From assembly GCA_963726345.1 (NCBI GenBank), contig CAVSCC010000007.1, positions 210,239-274,238 of the forward strand: a stretch of 64,000 nt of DNA. The letters are read 5' to 3'. The notes beneath the pieces are model-generated. The model made no database searches. It saw nothing but the letters and a program-made list of their open reading frames with translations, and had not been told where the DNA came from. Below are positions 1 to 16,184 of the stretch, in pieces; within the stretch, counting starts at the first letter, position 1, and every line of letters starts with the position of its first letter. This DNA is from an uncultured Coriobacteriia bacterium (GTDB lineage Bacteria > Actinomycetota > Coriobacteriia > Anaerosomatales > JAAXUF01). The position numbers and the translations under genes are program-made.

Positions 1-229
1 GCCTGCGTGATCTCGGGCTGATGTGAGCCCGAACCGCACGCCTCAGACCTGCGGTGACGCGGCCGGGTCAGGAGTTCCGTCGCTGTTGCTGTGGTACACT
101 TCGACCTTGTTCAGCACCACCGGCCCGACCCGTTTGAGGTCCAGGGTCGGTTTTGGCGTGCGAGGCGCATTCGTGCGCCCCTCGAATGCACTCCCGGCCT
201 CGGCCGGCACAGGATGAAAAGGAGCGACC

Positions 230-1270
<1,041 letters not shown>

Positions 1271-1288
1271 GCCCATCCGCAACGCGCG

Positions 1289-2147
1289 ATGAAGCTGCCT
1301 CAGCCAGAGAAATCAACGAGTGCCCTAGGACTCGTTATCGCGCTGGTCGTCGTCGCCCTCGTGATCACCACGGTGTGGTATCGCGAGGGCGAGCGCGGTC
1401 CGCTTCACAAGCTTCGGACCGGCGTGCAGACGGCGTCGGCGCCGCTGCAGGCGACGGGCGAGTTCGTCACGCGGCCGATCCGCGGTGTCTTCGCGTGGGC
1501 GTCCGACTTGGGCGTCTCTCGGAGTCAACTTGCTGCCCTCAAGCAGCAGAACACCGAGCTGCGCAATCGCGTCGCGAGTCTCGAAGAGGCTCGGCAAGAG
1601 AACGAGCGGCTGCAGGGCCCTGTTCGGGTTCGTGCAGACAGGTAAGCTCGAAGCGGTAGGCGCCCGAGTGATCGGCCGCCCCACCAACTCATGGGAGCGT
1701 GTCATCACCATCGACCGGGGAAGCGCTGACGGGGTCAAGGTCGAGATGCCGGTCCTTGCGGCAAAGGGGCTCTTGGGCCAGACGATCTCGGTGACAAAGC
1801 ACAGTGCCCGGGTCCGGCTCATCACCGACGCGCGCTCCGGGGTCGCCGGCATGGTCCAGGCCAACCGTGCCGAGGGACTCGTGAAGGGTTCGATCGAGGG
1901 GGATGTCTCACTTGAGTTCGTGAGCAAGGAGACCACGGTCAAGCCGGGCGACGTCGTCGTCACTTCCGGACTGGGTGGCGTGTATCCCAAGGGCCTGCTT
2001 GTCGGCGAGGTCATCAGCGCCGCGAAGACACCATCCAGCCTGTATCAGGACATCCGAGTCGAACCCATCGCCAATCTTGCGGGCCTCGAAGAGGTCGTGG
2101 TGCTGACCGGCGCTGCTCCCGCCACGCAGATCGGGGGTGGTGAGTGA
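1289..2147 (+). CDS. mreC: Rod-shape protein MreC (frame-broken in this assembly: 1 shift)
   Basis: ORF 1289-1645 gives the TM helix and coiled coil (QLAALKQQNTELRNRVASLEEARQENERL). It continues in the next frame (ORF 1485-2147) as GARVIGRPTNSWERVITIDRGSADGVK...VVTSGLGGVYPKGLLVGEV. One +1 shift near 1615-1630. The stop overlaps the mreD start. Confidence 0.85.
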
Positions 2148-2659
2148 TGAATCGCGCGATTCCGACGATCGCGGCGCTCTTCGTCGCCGCCGTCCTGCAG
2201 GCGGCGCTCGCGCCGTACCTGTCGATCGGTCAGGTCGTCCCCAACTTCCTGCTGCTCGTGGTCGTCACCATCGCGCTCGTCGAGGGCCCGGTTCCCGGCG
2301 CCGCGGTCGGCTTCTCGGCGGGGCTCATCTTCGACCTGCTGGGAAGCGGTCCGGTTGGGCCGATGATCCTGGTACTCACGCTCACCGGCTATCTCACCGG
2401 GCTCATGCACGAGAACATGTTCGCGGAGGGCTGGCTGCTCCCGCTCACGGTTCTCGCAATCGCGACGCTTTCTGCCGAGGTGGCCTACGGGCTCATCCTG
2501 ATCCTGCTCGGCTCCGGCGGTCCGTTCTGGTCCACGTTCCTGACCAAGATGCTTCCGGGAGCGGTGTACAACACGGTGCTGGCGCTCCTGATCTATCCGT
2601 GGTTGGCGCGCTTCTTGCGCCAAGACCGGCCGATAACCACCTTCAGGCGCCTGGGCTGA
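2144..2659 (+). CDS. mreD: Rod-shape protein MreD
   Basis: Intact 171-aa polytopic membrane ORF. GTGATGA overlap with the mreC stop. Position between mreC and the PBP2 gene. Confidence 0.8.
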   Translation: MMNRAIPTIAALFVAAVLQAALAPYLSIGQVVPNFLLLVVVTIALVEGPVPGAAVGFSAGLIFDLLGSGPVGPMILVLTLTGYLTGLMHENMFAEGWLLPLTVLAIATLSAEVAYGLILILLGSGGPFWSTFLTKMLPGAVYNTVLALLIYPWLARFLRQDRPITTFRRLG

Positions 2660-2715
2660 ATGCCCTAGGCGTCTGAACTGTGCGCTGAGAGCCACTCCAG
2701 AAGAAAGCGACCCGG

Positions 2716-4572
2716 TTGACCGACTTCCGCCAACAGCTCAAGCCACGATTCGCGATTCTCGGCTTCGTCGTGCTCGCGGTCTTGGGGCTTCTGCTTGCGC
2801 GGCTGTGGACGCTGCAGGTCCTGAACGGCGCGGCCTATGCCGACCAGGCGAAGGAGAACCGCGTCCGAGAAGTCACGACCGAGGCCCCCCGCGGGCGCAT
2901 ACTCGACCGAACCGGGCGCGAACTCGTGACCAACCGTCCGACGATGGCCGTGGTGGTCGCCCCCTCCGCGAAGAACGACGCGGCGCTGCTTGGGTCGCCT
3001 TTCGACCGTGCTCAACATGCCCGTTGCCGACATCAAGGAGCGGGCCTCGAGCGTCAAGCAGGCCCCGCTTGCCTCCCGCACCGTCGCCATCGACGTTCCC
3101 ATGGCGGCGGTCGCCTACATCTCCGAACACGAGGCCGACTTCCCGGGCGTCGAGGTGCGAACGCAGGCGGTGCGGAAGTACCCGCAGGGCACGCTCGCGG
3201 CTCACGTTCTCGGCTACGCGGGTGAGGTGTCGGAGAGCGAACTCCAGTCCGCCGACTCTCCCTACCAGTACGGCGACATCGTGGGCAAGGCCGGTGCCGA
3301 GAAGTCGGCCGAAACGGCCCTTCAGGGAGATCGCGGACGCCAACTCATCGAAGTCGACGCGATGGGCCGCGCGCGCAGGGTGGTCCTGGATAGCGATCCG
3401 GTCCCCGGGCGCGATGTCGTGCTGACCATCGACAGCAAGGTGCAGGCGGTCACCGAGCGGGCGCTGGCCCAGGCGTTGCAGGACGCCCACAAGGACAAGT
3501 TCACGAAAGCCAAGGCCGGCGCCGCCGTCGCGATGGACATCAAGACCGGCGAGATCATCGCGATGGCGAGCCTGCCGACGTACGATCCGGAACTGTTCCT
3601 CGGCGGGATCTCGCAGAAGAACTGGAAGACGCTGACCAGCAAGGACTCCGAGTTCCCGCTCACCAACCGCGCAATCATGGCGCAGTATCCGGCGGCTTCG
3701 ACGTTCAAGGCGATGACCGGCCTTGCCGGCCTCGAGGCGGGGTTCACCACGCACCGGATCGACGTATGACTGCGAGGGCAAGTGGGTCGGCATGGGGGAG
3801 CAGTGGAAGAAGTACTGCTGGAACCACGCCGGCCACGGCACCGAGACGTTCATGGAGGGCATCAAGGACTCGTGCGACGTCGTCTTCTACGAGATCGGAT
3901 ATCGCTTCTACAAGGACAAGGGCGAGAAGCTGCAGAAGTTCGCCCGAAGGTTCGGCTTCGGCGTCCAAGAGCGGGATCGACCTGCCGGGCGAGGTCGCGG
4001 GCCGAATCCCTGATGCCGCATGGAAGGCCAAGTACAACGAGAACTACCCCGAGTTCCAGCAGTGGCTCCCCGGCGACACCGTCAACCTGTCCATCGGGCA
4101 GGGCGACCTGCTGGTGACCCCGCTGCAGCTCATGGACTCGTACGCCGGGATCGCGAACGGCGGCAAGGTCATGAAGCCGCACGTCATCAAGCAGGTGCTC
4201 GACGCCCAGGGAGCGCCGGTTCTCACGGCCCAGCCGGAGGTGGCGTTCGACAGCAAGACGTCGAAGCGCAACCTGGCCGCCATGAAGACCGCGCTGGTCA
4301 GCGTGACCGAGCAAGGGACCGGCAAGGGCGCCTTCGTGGGCTTCCCCGTGACCGTTGCGGGCAAGACCGGAACCGCGCAGGTGGCCGGCAAGGACGACAT
4401 GGCGCTCTTCGTCGGCTTCGCTCCCGCCGAGAAGCCCCGCTACTGCGTCGTCGTGGTCATCGAGGAGGGCGGTCACGGCGGTTCCGTCGCCGGTCCGGCT
4501 GCCCGCCAGATACTGGCGGCGTGTCTCGGCCAGAAGATCGAGCACGTCACCGCGTCGGACGCGTCGAGGTGA
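2716..4572 (+). CDS. mrdA: Penicillin-binding protein 2, elongasome transpeptidase (frame-broken: 3 shifts)
   Basis: Four consecutive ORF pieces (2716-, 2990-, 3723-, 3766-4572) read as one PBP2: TM helix, YPQGTLAAHVLGY, the active-site context AASTFKAMTGLAGLE, then SIGQGDLLVTPLQL and KTGTAQV. +1 shifts near 2990, 3752 and 3965. Confidence 0.9.
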
Positions 4573-4576
4573 CCGC

Positions 4577-5726
4577 GTGAACGAGCGAGCGCGCCTCTGG
4601 TTCGTGAACTGGCCCCTGATCGCCGTCGTCACGGCGCTGTCGGTGTACGGAAGCCTGATGGTGCAGTCGGCGACAGCCGGGATGACGGGCGGCTCCGGGC
4701 TGTTCAAGCGGCACCTCATCGGGCTTGCCATCGGCCTCGTGCCGCTGGCGGTCGCCTGGGCGTTCGACTACCGCAAGTTCCAGGGCTGGATCGGGCCGCT
4801 GTTGCTCATGGACGCGCTGCTCATCCTGTCGCCACGGATCCCCGGTTTGGGAACCAGCGCGAAGGGCGCGACCTCGTGGCTCGCGATCGGGGGCATCCGG
4901 CTGTTCCAGCCCTCCGAGCCCGCCAAGCTCCTCACCATCATCGTGATGGCCGCGATCATCGCGACCTACAAGGGCAAGATCGAGCGGCCGGCCGACCTGG
5001 CCAAGGTGCTCGGAGTGCTTGCTGGTGCCGCTCGGGCTGATCATGCTGCAGCCCGACCTCGGCACGGGCATGGTGTTCGTCGCCATCACCGCCGGCATGC
5101 TGCTGATCGGCGGTCTCAAGCCGCGCTGGTTCCTCGCGCTCGGAATCGCGGCCGTCGTCCTGGTGGGCGGTCTGCTCTCGGCGAACACGGTTCTGGACAA
5201 GGCGCTGAACCGCGACGTGCTGATCAAGCAGTACCAGCTCGACCGGCTGCTGGTGTTCGTCGATCCGACCCGCGATCCGAAGGGCGCAGGCTACAACCTG
5301 GAGCAGTCCAAGATCGCGATCGGCTCGGGCGAGCTCACCGGTAAGGGGCTGGGCTCGGGCACGCAGAGCAACCTGAGGTTCCTGCCCGAGCCGCACACGG
5401 ACTTCATCTTCTCGGTGACCGCCGAGGAGATCGGGTTTCTCGGCGCCGTGATCCTGCTCGGGCTCTATCTGGCGCTGCTGATCATCGCGCTCGAGATCGC
5501 TGCGTCGTCGCGCGACCTGTTCGGATCGCTGATCGTCGCGGGTATCATCGCCATGTGGACGTTCCAGATACTGGAGAACATGGGCATGACGATCGGGCTC
5601 ATGCCGATCACCGGTATCCCGCTTCCGTTCATGAGCTTCGGGTCGTCGTTCATGGTCACCAACATGGCGGCGGTGGGTATGCTCCTGTCCGTATGGACGA
5701 GACGCCAAGGCGTCTCGGGTTACTAG
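4577..5726 (+). CDS. rodA: SEDS glycosyltransferase RodA (frame-broken: 1 shift)
   Basis: GTG 4577 lies just after the mrdA stop. N-terminal half is in ORF 4355-5344 (WPLIAVVTALSVYGSLMV...IGGIRLFQPSEPAKL). C-terminal half is in ORF 5019-5726 (MLQPDLGTGMVF...PEPHTDFIFSV...PITGIPLPFMSFGSS). +1 shift near 5015. Confidence 0.9.
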
Positions 5727-5744
5727 CCGTTTCGAGGGGACTTG

Positions 5745-6780
5745 ATGAAGCTTCCAGTTGACGTTGGAGACCTGATGCGTTCGCGGACGAAGCTGTCCGA
5801 GGACCGCGAGCAGCCGGTGCGCATCGCCGTGTTCGTCGACGTCGAGGCGCCGGACGAGCTCGTCGAGGCGGTCCGGGAGGCGCTGCGTCCGCAGACGTCC
5901 GGCGCTCGCGTCCACGTGGAGGCCTGCGCTCCGGGCGAGACCCTTCTGATCGACGCCACGGCCGACGCGGTGATCGCCCTCGTCGGCCCCGGCGTCACCC
6001 TGGAGCCGTCGCTCGCCTCAGCGCGCGAGAAGTTCGTGCCGACCGTCGTCCTCGCGCTCAACCAGGGCGCCGACGCCGTGTCGGCTCGGCTGTCTCATCC
6101 ACTGCTCGACACGATCGACGCAGCCGGAACCGGAGGCCGTGGTCCACGCTCTGGGCGGCTGGCTCGTCGATCGGCTCAACGGCAAGCGTCTCGCCATGGC
6201 CACGAACTTCGCGTTCATGCGCCGCGCCGTCGCCGAGGAGGCCATCAAGGCGACATCGTTCCAGAACGGCGTCGTGGGCCTCGTCATGGTGATTCCGGGC
6301 GCCGACATGCCGGTCATGACCGCGAACCAGGCCAAGATGGTGCTCCAGATCGCTGCCGCCTACGGGCAGACCCTCGGGGCCGAGCGCATCAAGGAGCTCG
6401 CGGTGGTCCTCGGCGGGGGATTCGCGCTTCGCGCCATCGCCCGGCAGGTGCTCGACGTTCATTCCCGGCTTCGGCTGGGCGGTCAAGGCCGGCATCGGCT
6501 ACACGGGGACGATGGCGATGGGCTACGCGGCGCTCGAGCACTTCGAGGCCGGCGGCGAGATGGGCGCGTTGGCCGCCAAGATCAAGAGCGCGCGAGACCG
6601 AGTGATCGAAGCCGCGCAGGCCCGCGTAGGGCGCGGCGAGCCGGCCGAGGAGATCCTCGAGGCCCACGGGTACGTCGTCGTCTCCGAACCTCCGCGAGCC
6701 GAACCGGTGCCGGAGCCCGCGCTGCCGTCCGCCGACCAGCTGTCATCGACCCCCGCGGCACAGGACGGGGCCGGCGCGCA

Positions 6781-6784
<4 letters not shown>
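5745..6784 (+). CDS. Hypothetical protein with a DUF697-like C-terminal region (frame-broken: 2 shifts)
   Basis: ATG 5745 follows a GAGGGGA RBS. The pieces 5742-, 6139- and 6512-6784 join as ...NFAFMRRAVAEEAIKATSFQNGVVGLVMVIPGADMPVMTANQAKMVLQIAAAYG...GFGWAVKAGIGYTGTMAMGYAALEHF. +1 shifts near 6125 and 6460. The family call is tentative. Confidence 0.5.
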
Positions 6785-8635
<1,851 letters not shown>

Positions 8636-8652
<17 letters not shown>

Positions 8653-9340
8653 CGGCGAGTTCAGGCTCAGGGTCCACTACGCCAAGGCCGGCCGGCTGCG
8701 GTGGCTCTCTCACCTCGAGCTGATTCACGCGCTCGAGCGCTCGGTTCGGCGCGCGGGTCTCGACTACGCGGTGACCCAGGGGTTCAATCCGCACATGAAG
8801 GTGGCGTTCGGTCCGGCGCTTCCGGTGGGAACCGCCGGCGAGAACGAGTACTACGACGTGTGGCTGACGCGCTACACTGAGGCGAGGCGAGGTGCTCGCG
8901 AGTCTTCGTGATGCGACTCCGGCTGACCTCGCGCCGCTCGGTGTTCGGTACGTGGCCGATGGCGAACCGTCGCTTGGGCGCCGCCATCACGATTGCGGTC
9001 TACCGTGTGACGGTGACCGGAAAGGAGTCGTCAGCCAGTCAGGTGCGGACGGCGCTTGAGAGCCTCGTGGGCTCAGGCAGTCTGACCGTGCAGCGCAAGG
9101 GCAAAGACAAGGTTTTCGATCTGGCGCGCAGCCTCCCGAAAGAGGCGCGTGTCGGGGACAAGGACGGCGGATCCGAGGTCGATGATCGCCGTCCGCATGG
9201 GGCCTGAAGGCTCCCTCCGCCCTGAGGTGCTCGTGTCGCAGGCCCTGAGCAACGCATCGCTCGATGCTGCTGTCGCGCACACGACGCGCACAGATACCTT
9301 CATCGAAACGTCTGAGGGGAGCTGGGCGCGTCCCGTGTGA
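8636..9340 (+). CDS. Radical-SAM-linked protein (DUF2344/TIGR03936-like) (frame-broken: 3 shifts)
   Basis: RLRVHYAKAGRLRWLSHLELIHALERSVRRAGLDYAVTQGFNPHMKVAFGPALPVGTAGENEYYDVWL fits DUF2344. It sits directly after the TIGR03960-type gene. +1 shifts near 8885, 8975 and 9180. Start is GTG 8636 or GTG 8645. Confidence 0.7.
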
Positions 9341-9356
9341 CGGGAGAAGTGCTTCA

Positions 9357-10848
9357 GTGGCCGGTACGGATCGCGAGATGCTCATCTCGCACGACTCGAA
9401 CGAAACGCGCGTCGCGATGCTCGAGGATCGCGAACTCGTCGAACTCTATATCGAACGACCCAAACGCAGCGTCGTCGGCAACGTCTACCTGGGCAAAGTC
9501 TCCGACGTGCTGCCCGGGATGCAGGCGGCGTTCGTCGACATCGGACTTGAGAAGAACGCGTTCCTCTACGTCGACGAGGTCGTCGCGCCCGAGGGTCTCG
9601 AGGGCCTGCCCCGACGCGACATCCAGTCGCTGCTCAAGCCCGGGCAGCAGGTCATGGTGCAGGTCATCAAGGACCCCATGGGGACCAAGGGCGCCCGCGT
9701 CACGACCGAGATCACGCTGCCGGGACGATTCCTCGTGCTCATGCCGTTCTCGGAGTTCGTCGGCGTCTCCAAGAAGGTGCCCGATGCCGAGAGGGACCGG
9801 CTGCACGCGATCATCTCGCAGCACGTTCCGCCCAAGATGGGCGTCATCGTGCGCACCGTCGCGCAGGGCGCGTCCGAGCGCGACCTGCAGACCGACCTGG
9901 AGTTCCTGCTGCGTCTGTGGAAGCGCGTGAACCACCAGTCGACCGAGGCGCTCGCGCCCGAGGTGATCTACACCGAGATGGACCTGGCGCTGCGACTCGT
10001 GCGCGACGTCTTCGCGGAGGACTTCCGGCGTCTCGTGATCGACGACAAGGCCGACCTTCGACAAGGTCGTCTCGTTCCTGAAGAAGACGTCGCCGGAGCT
10101 GCTGCGCAAGGTGCAGCTCTACCGGGACAAGACGTCGCTCTTCGAGACGCTACGACCTGCAGCCGACGATCGACTCGGCGCTCAGGCGCACGGTGGCGCT
10201 TCCGAGCGGCGGCTACCTCACCATCGACAAGACCGAGGCGCTGACCGCGATCGACGTGAACACCGGCAAGTTCGTCGGCAAGAAGAGTCTCGAGGAGACG
10301 ATCGTGCGCACCAACCTCGAGGCCGCCGACGAGACCGTGCGCCAGCTGCGGCTGCGCGACATCGGCGGAATCATCGTGATCGACTTCATCGACATGGAGG
10401 ACTCGGCGCAACAAGACGATGCTGCTCGACCGGCTCGTCCACGGCGCTCGACCGCGACCGCACCAGGACGCGGATGAGCGACGTATCGCGCCTCGGGCTG
10501 GTCGAGATCACGCGCAAGAACGTCACCGACGGGCTCTACGGCGTGCTGACGGAGCCGTGCCCGTGCTGCGGGGGAGAGGGCAGGGTCGTCTCGCGGACCA
10601 CGCGGCGCATCGCTGTGGAGCGCAGGATGCGCGAGATCCTGCGCACGGGCAAGTCGAACGCGTACCTGTTCGGCCTCAATCCGCAGACGTACGAGCTGGT
10701 GACCGCGCCGGGCCTCAACACGGCCGCCTCGCTGCGCGCCGAGACGGGCAAGCAGGTCTCGATCGTCGCCGACGAGGAGGCGGGTCCGACCGAGGTCCGG
10801 ATCCTGATCGAAGGGCGTACCGGACTGCTTCGCCGCGTATTCGAGTAG
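9357..10848 (+). CDS. rng: Ribonuclease G/E family endoribonuclease (frame-broken: 4 shifts)
   Basis: S1 domain (VGNVYLGKVSDVLPGMQAAFVDIGLEKNAFLY) and catalytic core (GGYLTIDKTEALTAIDVNTGKFVG, IGGIIVIDFIDME, SRLGLVEITRKN, CPCCGGEGRV). +1 shifts near 10050, 10150, 10405 and 10440. Alternative start is ATG 9378. Confidence 0.85.
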
Positions 10849-10897
10849 GATGCGCCCGGAATAGCTACGCCCGGCGCCGTTGTTTGCGGGTTGCGCG

Positions 10898-10926
10898 TTG
10901 ACGCTCCGCATCGTCCCTGCTAGCAT
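10898..10926 (+). promoter_or_regulatory. Sigma-70-type promoter of the rplU-rpmA operon
   Basis: TTGACG (10898-10903), a 17-nt spacer, then TAGCAT (10921-10926). This is 38 nt upstream of the rplU ATG, in the 115-nt intergenic gap after rng. Confidence 0.6.
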
Positions 10927-10963
10927 ATCTCCTCGCGCATTGATACGAGTGGAAGGTTCCCGC

Positions 10964-11369
10964 ATGTACGCAATCGTTGCCACCGGCGGCAAGCAGCTCA
11001 AGGTCGCAGCAGGCGATGTCGTTACCGTTGAGAAGCTCGACGCCGCCGTGGGCGAGAGCGTGACCTTCGACGTCATCTTCCTGGCCGACGATGAACGCGA
11101 TCGTCGTCGATCCTGCTGTGCTCGCTGCAGCCAAGGTTACAGGCGAGGTCGTCGAGCACTTCAAGGGCGACAAGGCCATCATCTTCAAGTTCAAGAAGCG
11201 CAAGGGCTACAAGCGCCTCAAGGGCCACCGTCAGGAGCTGACGAAGGTTCGAATCACTGATGTTGTTGCCGAGGCCGCGCCTGCCAAGAAGGCTGCCCCT
11301 CGCAAGAAGAAGACCGCCGAGCCGGTTGAGCCCGTCGCTGAGACGGTCGAAACCGCCCAGAATGACTAA
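10964..11369 (+). CDS. rplU: 50S ribosomal protein L21 with an Ala/Lys-rich C-terminal tail (frame-broken: 1 shift)
   Basis: [27 protein letters not shown]... continues in the next frame as [41 protein letters not shown]. +1 shift near 11090. GGAAGG RBS. Confidence 0.9.
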
Positions 11370-11383
11370 GGCAGGGATCGAGA

Positions 11384-11639
11384 ATGGCTCATAAGAAAGG
11401 CCTCGGCTCCACAAAGAACGGACGCGACTCCCGCTCCAAGCGCCTCGGCGTGAAGCGTTTCGCCGGCCAGGAGGTCACTGCCGGGTACGATCATCGTCCG
11501 TCAGCGTGGCACCCACATCCACCCCGGCGACAACGTCGGCCGTGGCGGCGACGACACGCTGTTCGCCATGTGTGACGGAATCGTCGACTTCACGCGCGGC
11601 CTGAAGCGTCGCGCCCACGTGCGACCGTTCGAGGCATAA
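11384..11639 (+). CDS. rpmA: 50S ribosomal protein L27 (frame-broken: 1 shift)
   Basis: [34 protein letters not shown] is followed in the next frame by [34 protein letters not shown]. One inserted base near 11483. TAA at 11637-11639. Confidence 0.9.
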
Positions 11640-11666
11640 GACAGGGTTCTTCGCACTCGCACGTGA

Positions 11667-13158
<1,492 letters not shown>

Positions 13159-13162
<4 letters not shown>

Positions 13163-14271
13163 GCCTCGGCCGCATCGTGGTCAAGGTCGGGTCGTCGACG
13201 CTCGCAGGCGAGAGCGCGGGCATCGACGCGGACTACGTGGCATCCCTGGTCGCCCAGGTGTGCGAGCTCAAGGAGCGCGGTTGGCAGCCGGTGGTGGTCT
13301 CGTCCGGCGCGATCGCGGCCGGCATCGAGCGTCTCGGCGATGACGTCGCGCCCCGCGGACATGCCTTCGCTGCAGGCGGCGGCGTCCGTCGGGCAGGTCG
13401 CACTTGATCGAGACGTACGCGGCGCTGTTCGCCGCGCACGGCGTCGACCATCGGCCAGGTGCTGCTCACGCGTCACGACACCGGCCACCGCGAGTCGTTC
13501 CTGCACGCGCGCGACACCTTCGAGCGCCTGCTCGAGCTCGGGTGCGGTGCCGGTCGTCAACGAGAACGACACCGTCGCGGTCGACGAGATCCGCTTCGGC
13601 GACAACGACTCGCTCGCCGCGCTGGTCGCGACGATGGTTCAACGCCGACCTGGTGCGTCCTGCTCTCCGACATCGCGGGCCTCTACGACTCCGACCCGCG
13701 GCTTTCCGACGAGGCGCAGCTGCTCGAGCACGTCGACGAGCTCACCGACGACCTGGTGGCGGCGGCCGGCGGTACCGGCAGCGACGTCGGCAGCGGCGGC
13801 ATGGCCACCAAGATCGAGGCGGCCAACATGCTGATGAAGGCCGGCATCCCCATGGTGATCTGCGACGGCCGGCGCGAGCGTGTCGTGGTGGACGCTGCCG
13901 ACGGGCTGCCGGTCGGCACGTCGTTCGCCGGCGGCGAGCGCGACACTGGGGGCGAAGAAGCTCTGGATCGCGCTGGGTCGCAATGCCGCCGGGCGAGGTC
14001 GTCATCGACGACGGCGCGCGCGAGGCGCTCATGCGTCGAAACACCTCGCTTCTGCCCGCGGGCGTCGTGTCCGTGGTCGGGTCGTTCGTCGCAGGTGATG
14101 CGGTAGTATTGAAGGACCGTTCGGGCGCCGTGATCGCGCGCGGGCTGACGGAGTTCTCCTCGGCGGAGCTCGATCGGGTCAAAGGGCATGAAGTCCTCGC
14201 AGATCGCGAAGGAGCTGCCCGAGATCGCTGGCAAGGAAGTCGTGCACCGGGACCGGCTCGTGATCCTGTAG
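13159..14271 (+). CDS. proB: Glutamate 5-kinase with a PUA domain (frame-broken: about 9 shifts)
   Basis: The reconstructed protein is [11 protein letters not shown]...[10 protein letters not shown]...[15 protein letters not shown] / [12 protein letters not shown] / [10 protein letters not shown] / [28 protein letters not shown] / [14 protein letters not shown]...[10 protein letters not shown] / KKLWIA / [11 protein letters not shown]...LPAGV...GDAV / SSQIAKEL. Every break is +1. GTGA overlap with the obg stop. Confidence 0.9.
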
Positions 14272-14313
14272 CGCCACCGCGAGATCGGCGCACCGATGGG
14301 AAGAGGGAGTGTC

Positions 14314-15566
14314 ATGTCCGAGGTCCGCAAGCTCGCCGAGCAGGCCCGCGAAGCCGCGGTCGGCCTCGCCATCACGTCGACCGACGAGCGCAACCGCGCG
14401 CTGGTCGCCATGGCTGACGCGCTCCTCGCCCGCGAGGACGAGATTCTCGCGGCGAACGCGGCGGACATGGACGCCGCCCGCGCGAAGGGCGTCGCCGACG
14501 GGATCCTCGACCGGCTCGAGCTCACGCCGGCCCGCATCAGGGCGATCTCCGAGGCGCTCAAGGCGGTCTCGCTGCTGGCCGATCCGCTCGGCGAGGTCGT
14601 CGCGGGTCACACGCTGCCCAACGGCATCGAGCTCACGCAGGTCCGGGTGCCGCTCGGCGTCGTCGCGATGATCTACGAGGCGCGGCCCAACGTCACCGCG
14701 GACGCAGCCGGGCTCTGCATCAAGACCGGCAACGCGGTCATCCTGCGCGGCGGCTCGCTCGCGGTGAACAGCAACCTGGCGATGACCGCGTGCTGGCCGA
14801 GGCCGCCGAGGCGTCGGGGCTTCCCCAGCATGCGATCCAGGCGGTCGAGTCGACCGAGCACGCCGCCGCCGAGGAGCTGATGAGCCTGCACGGTCTCATC
14901 GACGTGCTCATCCCGCGCGGCGGCGCGGGACTGATCAAGAGCTGCGTCGAGAACTCCAAGGTCCCGGTCATCGAGACCGGCACCGGCAACTGCCACATCT
15001 ACATCCACGAGGCCGCCGACCCCGAGATGGCCCGGCGCATCGTCGTCAACGCCAAGTGCCAGCGCCCTCGGTCTGCAACGCGGCCGAGTCGCTGCTGGTC
15101 GACGAGGCGGTCTACCGAGAGGTGCTGCCGGGCATCCTGAAGGAGCTGAGCGCGAACGGCGTCGCGCTCTTCGCCGACGAGAAGACCCGCGCGCTCGGCG
15201 CGGCTGCGGATGCTCGAGCCGGCGACCGAGGAGGACTGGGGCACCGAGTACCACGACCTGAAGATGTCGGTGAAGGTCGTCGCCGGGCTCGACGAGGCCA
15301 TCGAGCACATCAACACCTACGGCACCAAGCACTCCGAGGCGATCGTCACCGAGGACTACGCGGCGGCTCGGCGCTTCCTGCACGAGGTGGATGCCGCGGC
15401 GGTCTACGTCAACGCCTCGACGCGCTTCACCGACGGCGAGGAGTTCGGCCTCGGCGCCGAGATCGGCATCTCCACCCAGAAGCTGCACGCCCGCGGCCCG
15501 ATGGGCCTCGAGGCGCTCACCTCGACCAAGCATCTGCTCATGGGCAGCGGACAGATCCGGGAGTGA
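14314..15566 (+). CDS. proA: Gamma-glutamyl phosphate reductase (frame-broken: 3 shifts)
   Basis: [84 protein letters not shown] and [10 protein letters not shown]-like [21 protein letters not shown]. Shifts near 14788 (-1), 15065 (-1) and 15205 (+1). Confidence 0.9.
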
Positions 15567-15574
15567 GGACCGGC

Positions 15575-16180
15575 GTGCGTCTCGGCATAATGGGCGGGAC
15601 CTTCGACCCCATCCACTTCGGCCACCTGGTGACCGCCGAGGAGGCGCTCGTCCAGTTCAACCTGGACCGCGTGCTCTTCATGCCCACCGGTAGCCCGGCG
15701 TTCAAGTCCGGCGAGCGCGTCACCTCGGGCGAGCACCGCTACCTGATGACGGTGATCGCCACCGCGTCGAACCCCGACTTCGACGTCAGCCGCATGGAGG
15801 TCGACCGGCCCGGGCTCACGTACACCGTCGACACGCTGCTCGCGCTGCGCGATCAGTACGGACCGTCGACCGAGCTGTTCTTCATCACCGGCGCCGATGC
15901 CGTGTGGGACATCGTGTCGTGGAAGGACGCCGAGACCGTCGCCGACCTCGTCACGTTCATCGCCGCGACGCGCCCGGGCTACGACCTCGACGCGGCTCGC
16001 CGCTCGCACGAGTCGACTGCCACGCGTTTCCGCATCGAGTACGTCGAGGTTCCGGCGCTCGCCATCTCCTCGACCGAGCTGCGCCGCAGGGTCGCCGAGA
16101 AGCGGCCGATCACGTACCTGTCGCCCGAGTCCGTCGTGAGCTACATCGCGAAGCACGAGCTCTACCGGGAAGTGGTCTAG
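15575..16180 (+). CDS. nadD: Nicotinate-nucleotide adenylyltransferase
   Basis: Intact. VRLGIMGGTFDPIHFGHL (the HxGH motif) and ISSTELRRRV (the ISST motif). Position after proA and before yqeK. Confidence 0.9.
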   Translation: MRLGIMGGTFDPIHFGHLVTAEEALVQFNLDRVLFMPTGSPAFKSGERVTSGEHRYLMTVIATASNPDFDVSRMEVDRPGLTYTVDTLLALRDQYGPSTELFFITGADAVWDIVSWKDAETVADLVTFIAATRPGYDLDAARRSHESTATRFRIEYVEVPALAISSTELRRRVAEKRPITYLSPESVVSYIAKHELYREVV

Positions 16181-16184
16181 CATC

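Noticed and set aside
1-229. Short ORFs upstream of mreB (23-217 on the + strand, and the 3' tail of 43-492 on the - strand ending ...VVLNKVEVYHSNSDGT) and small GC hairpins near 150-215.
   Set aside because: There is no start codon/RBS combination within the intergenic part and no family resemblance, and the window edge truncates the context. This is probably the untranslated leader or promoter region of mreB.
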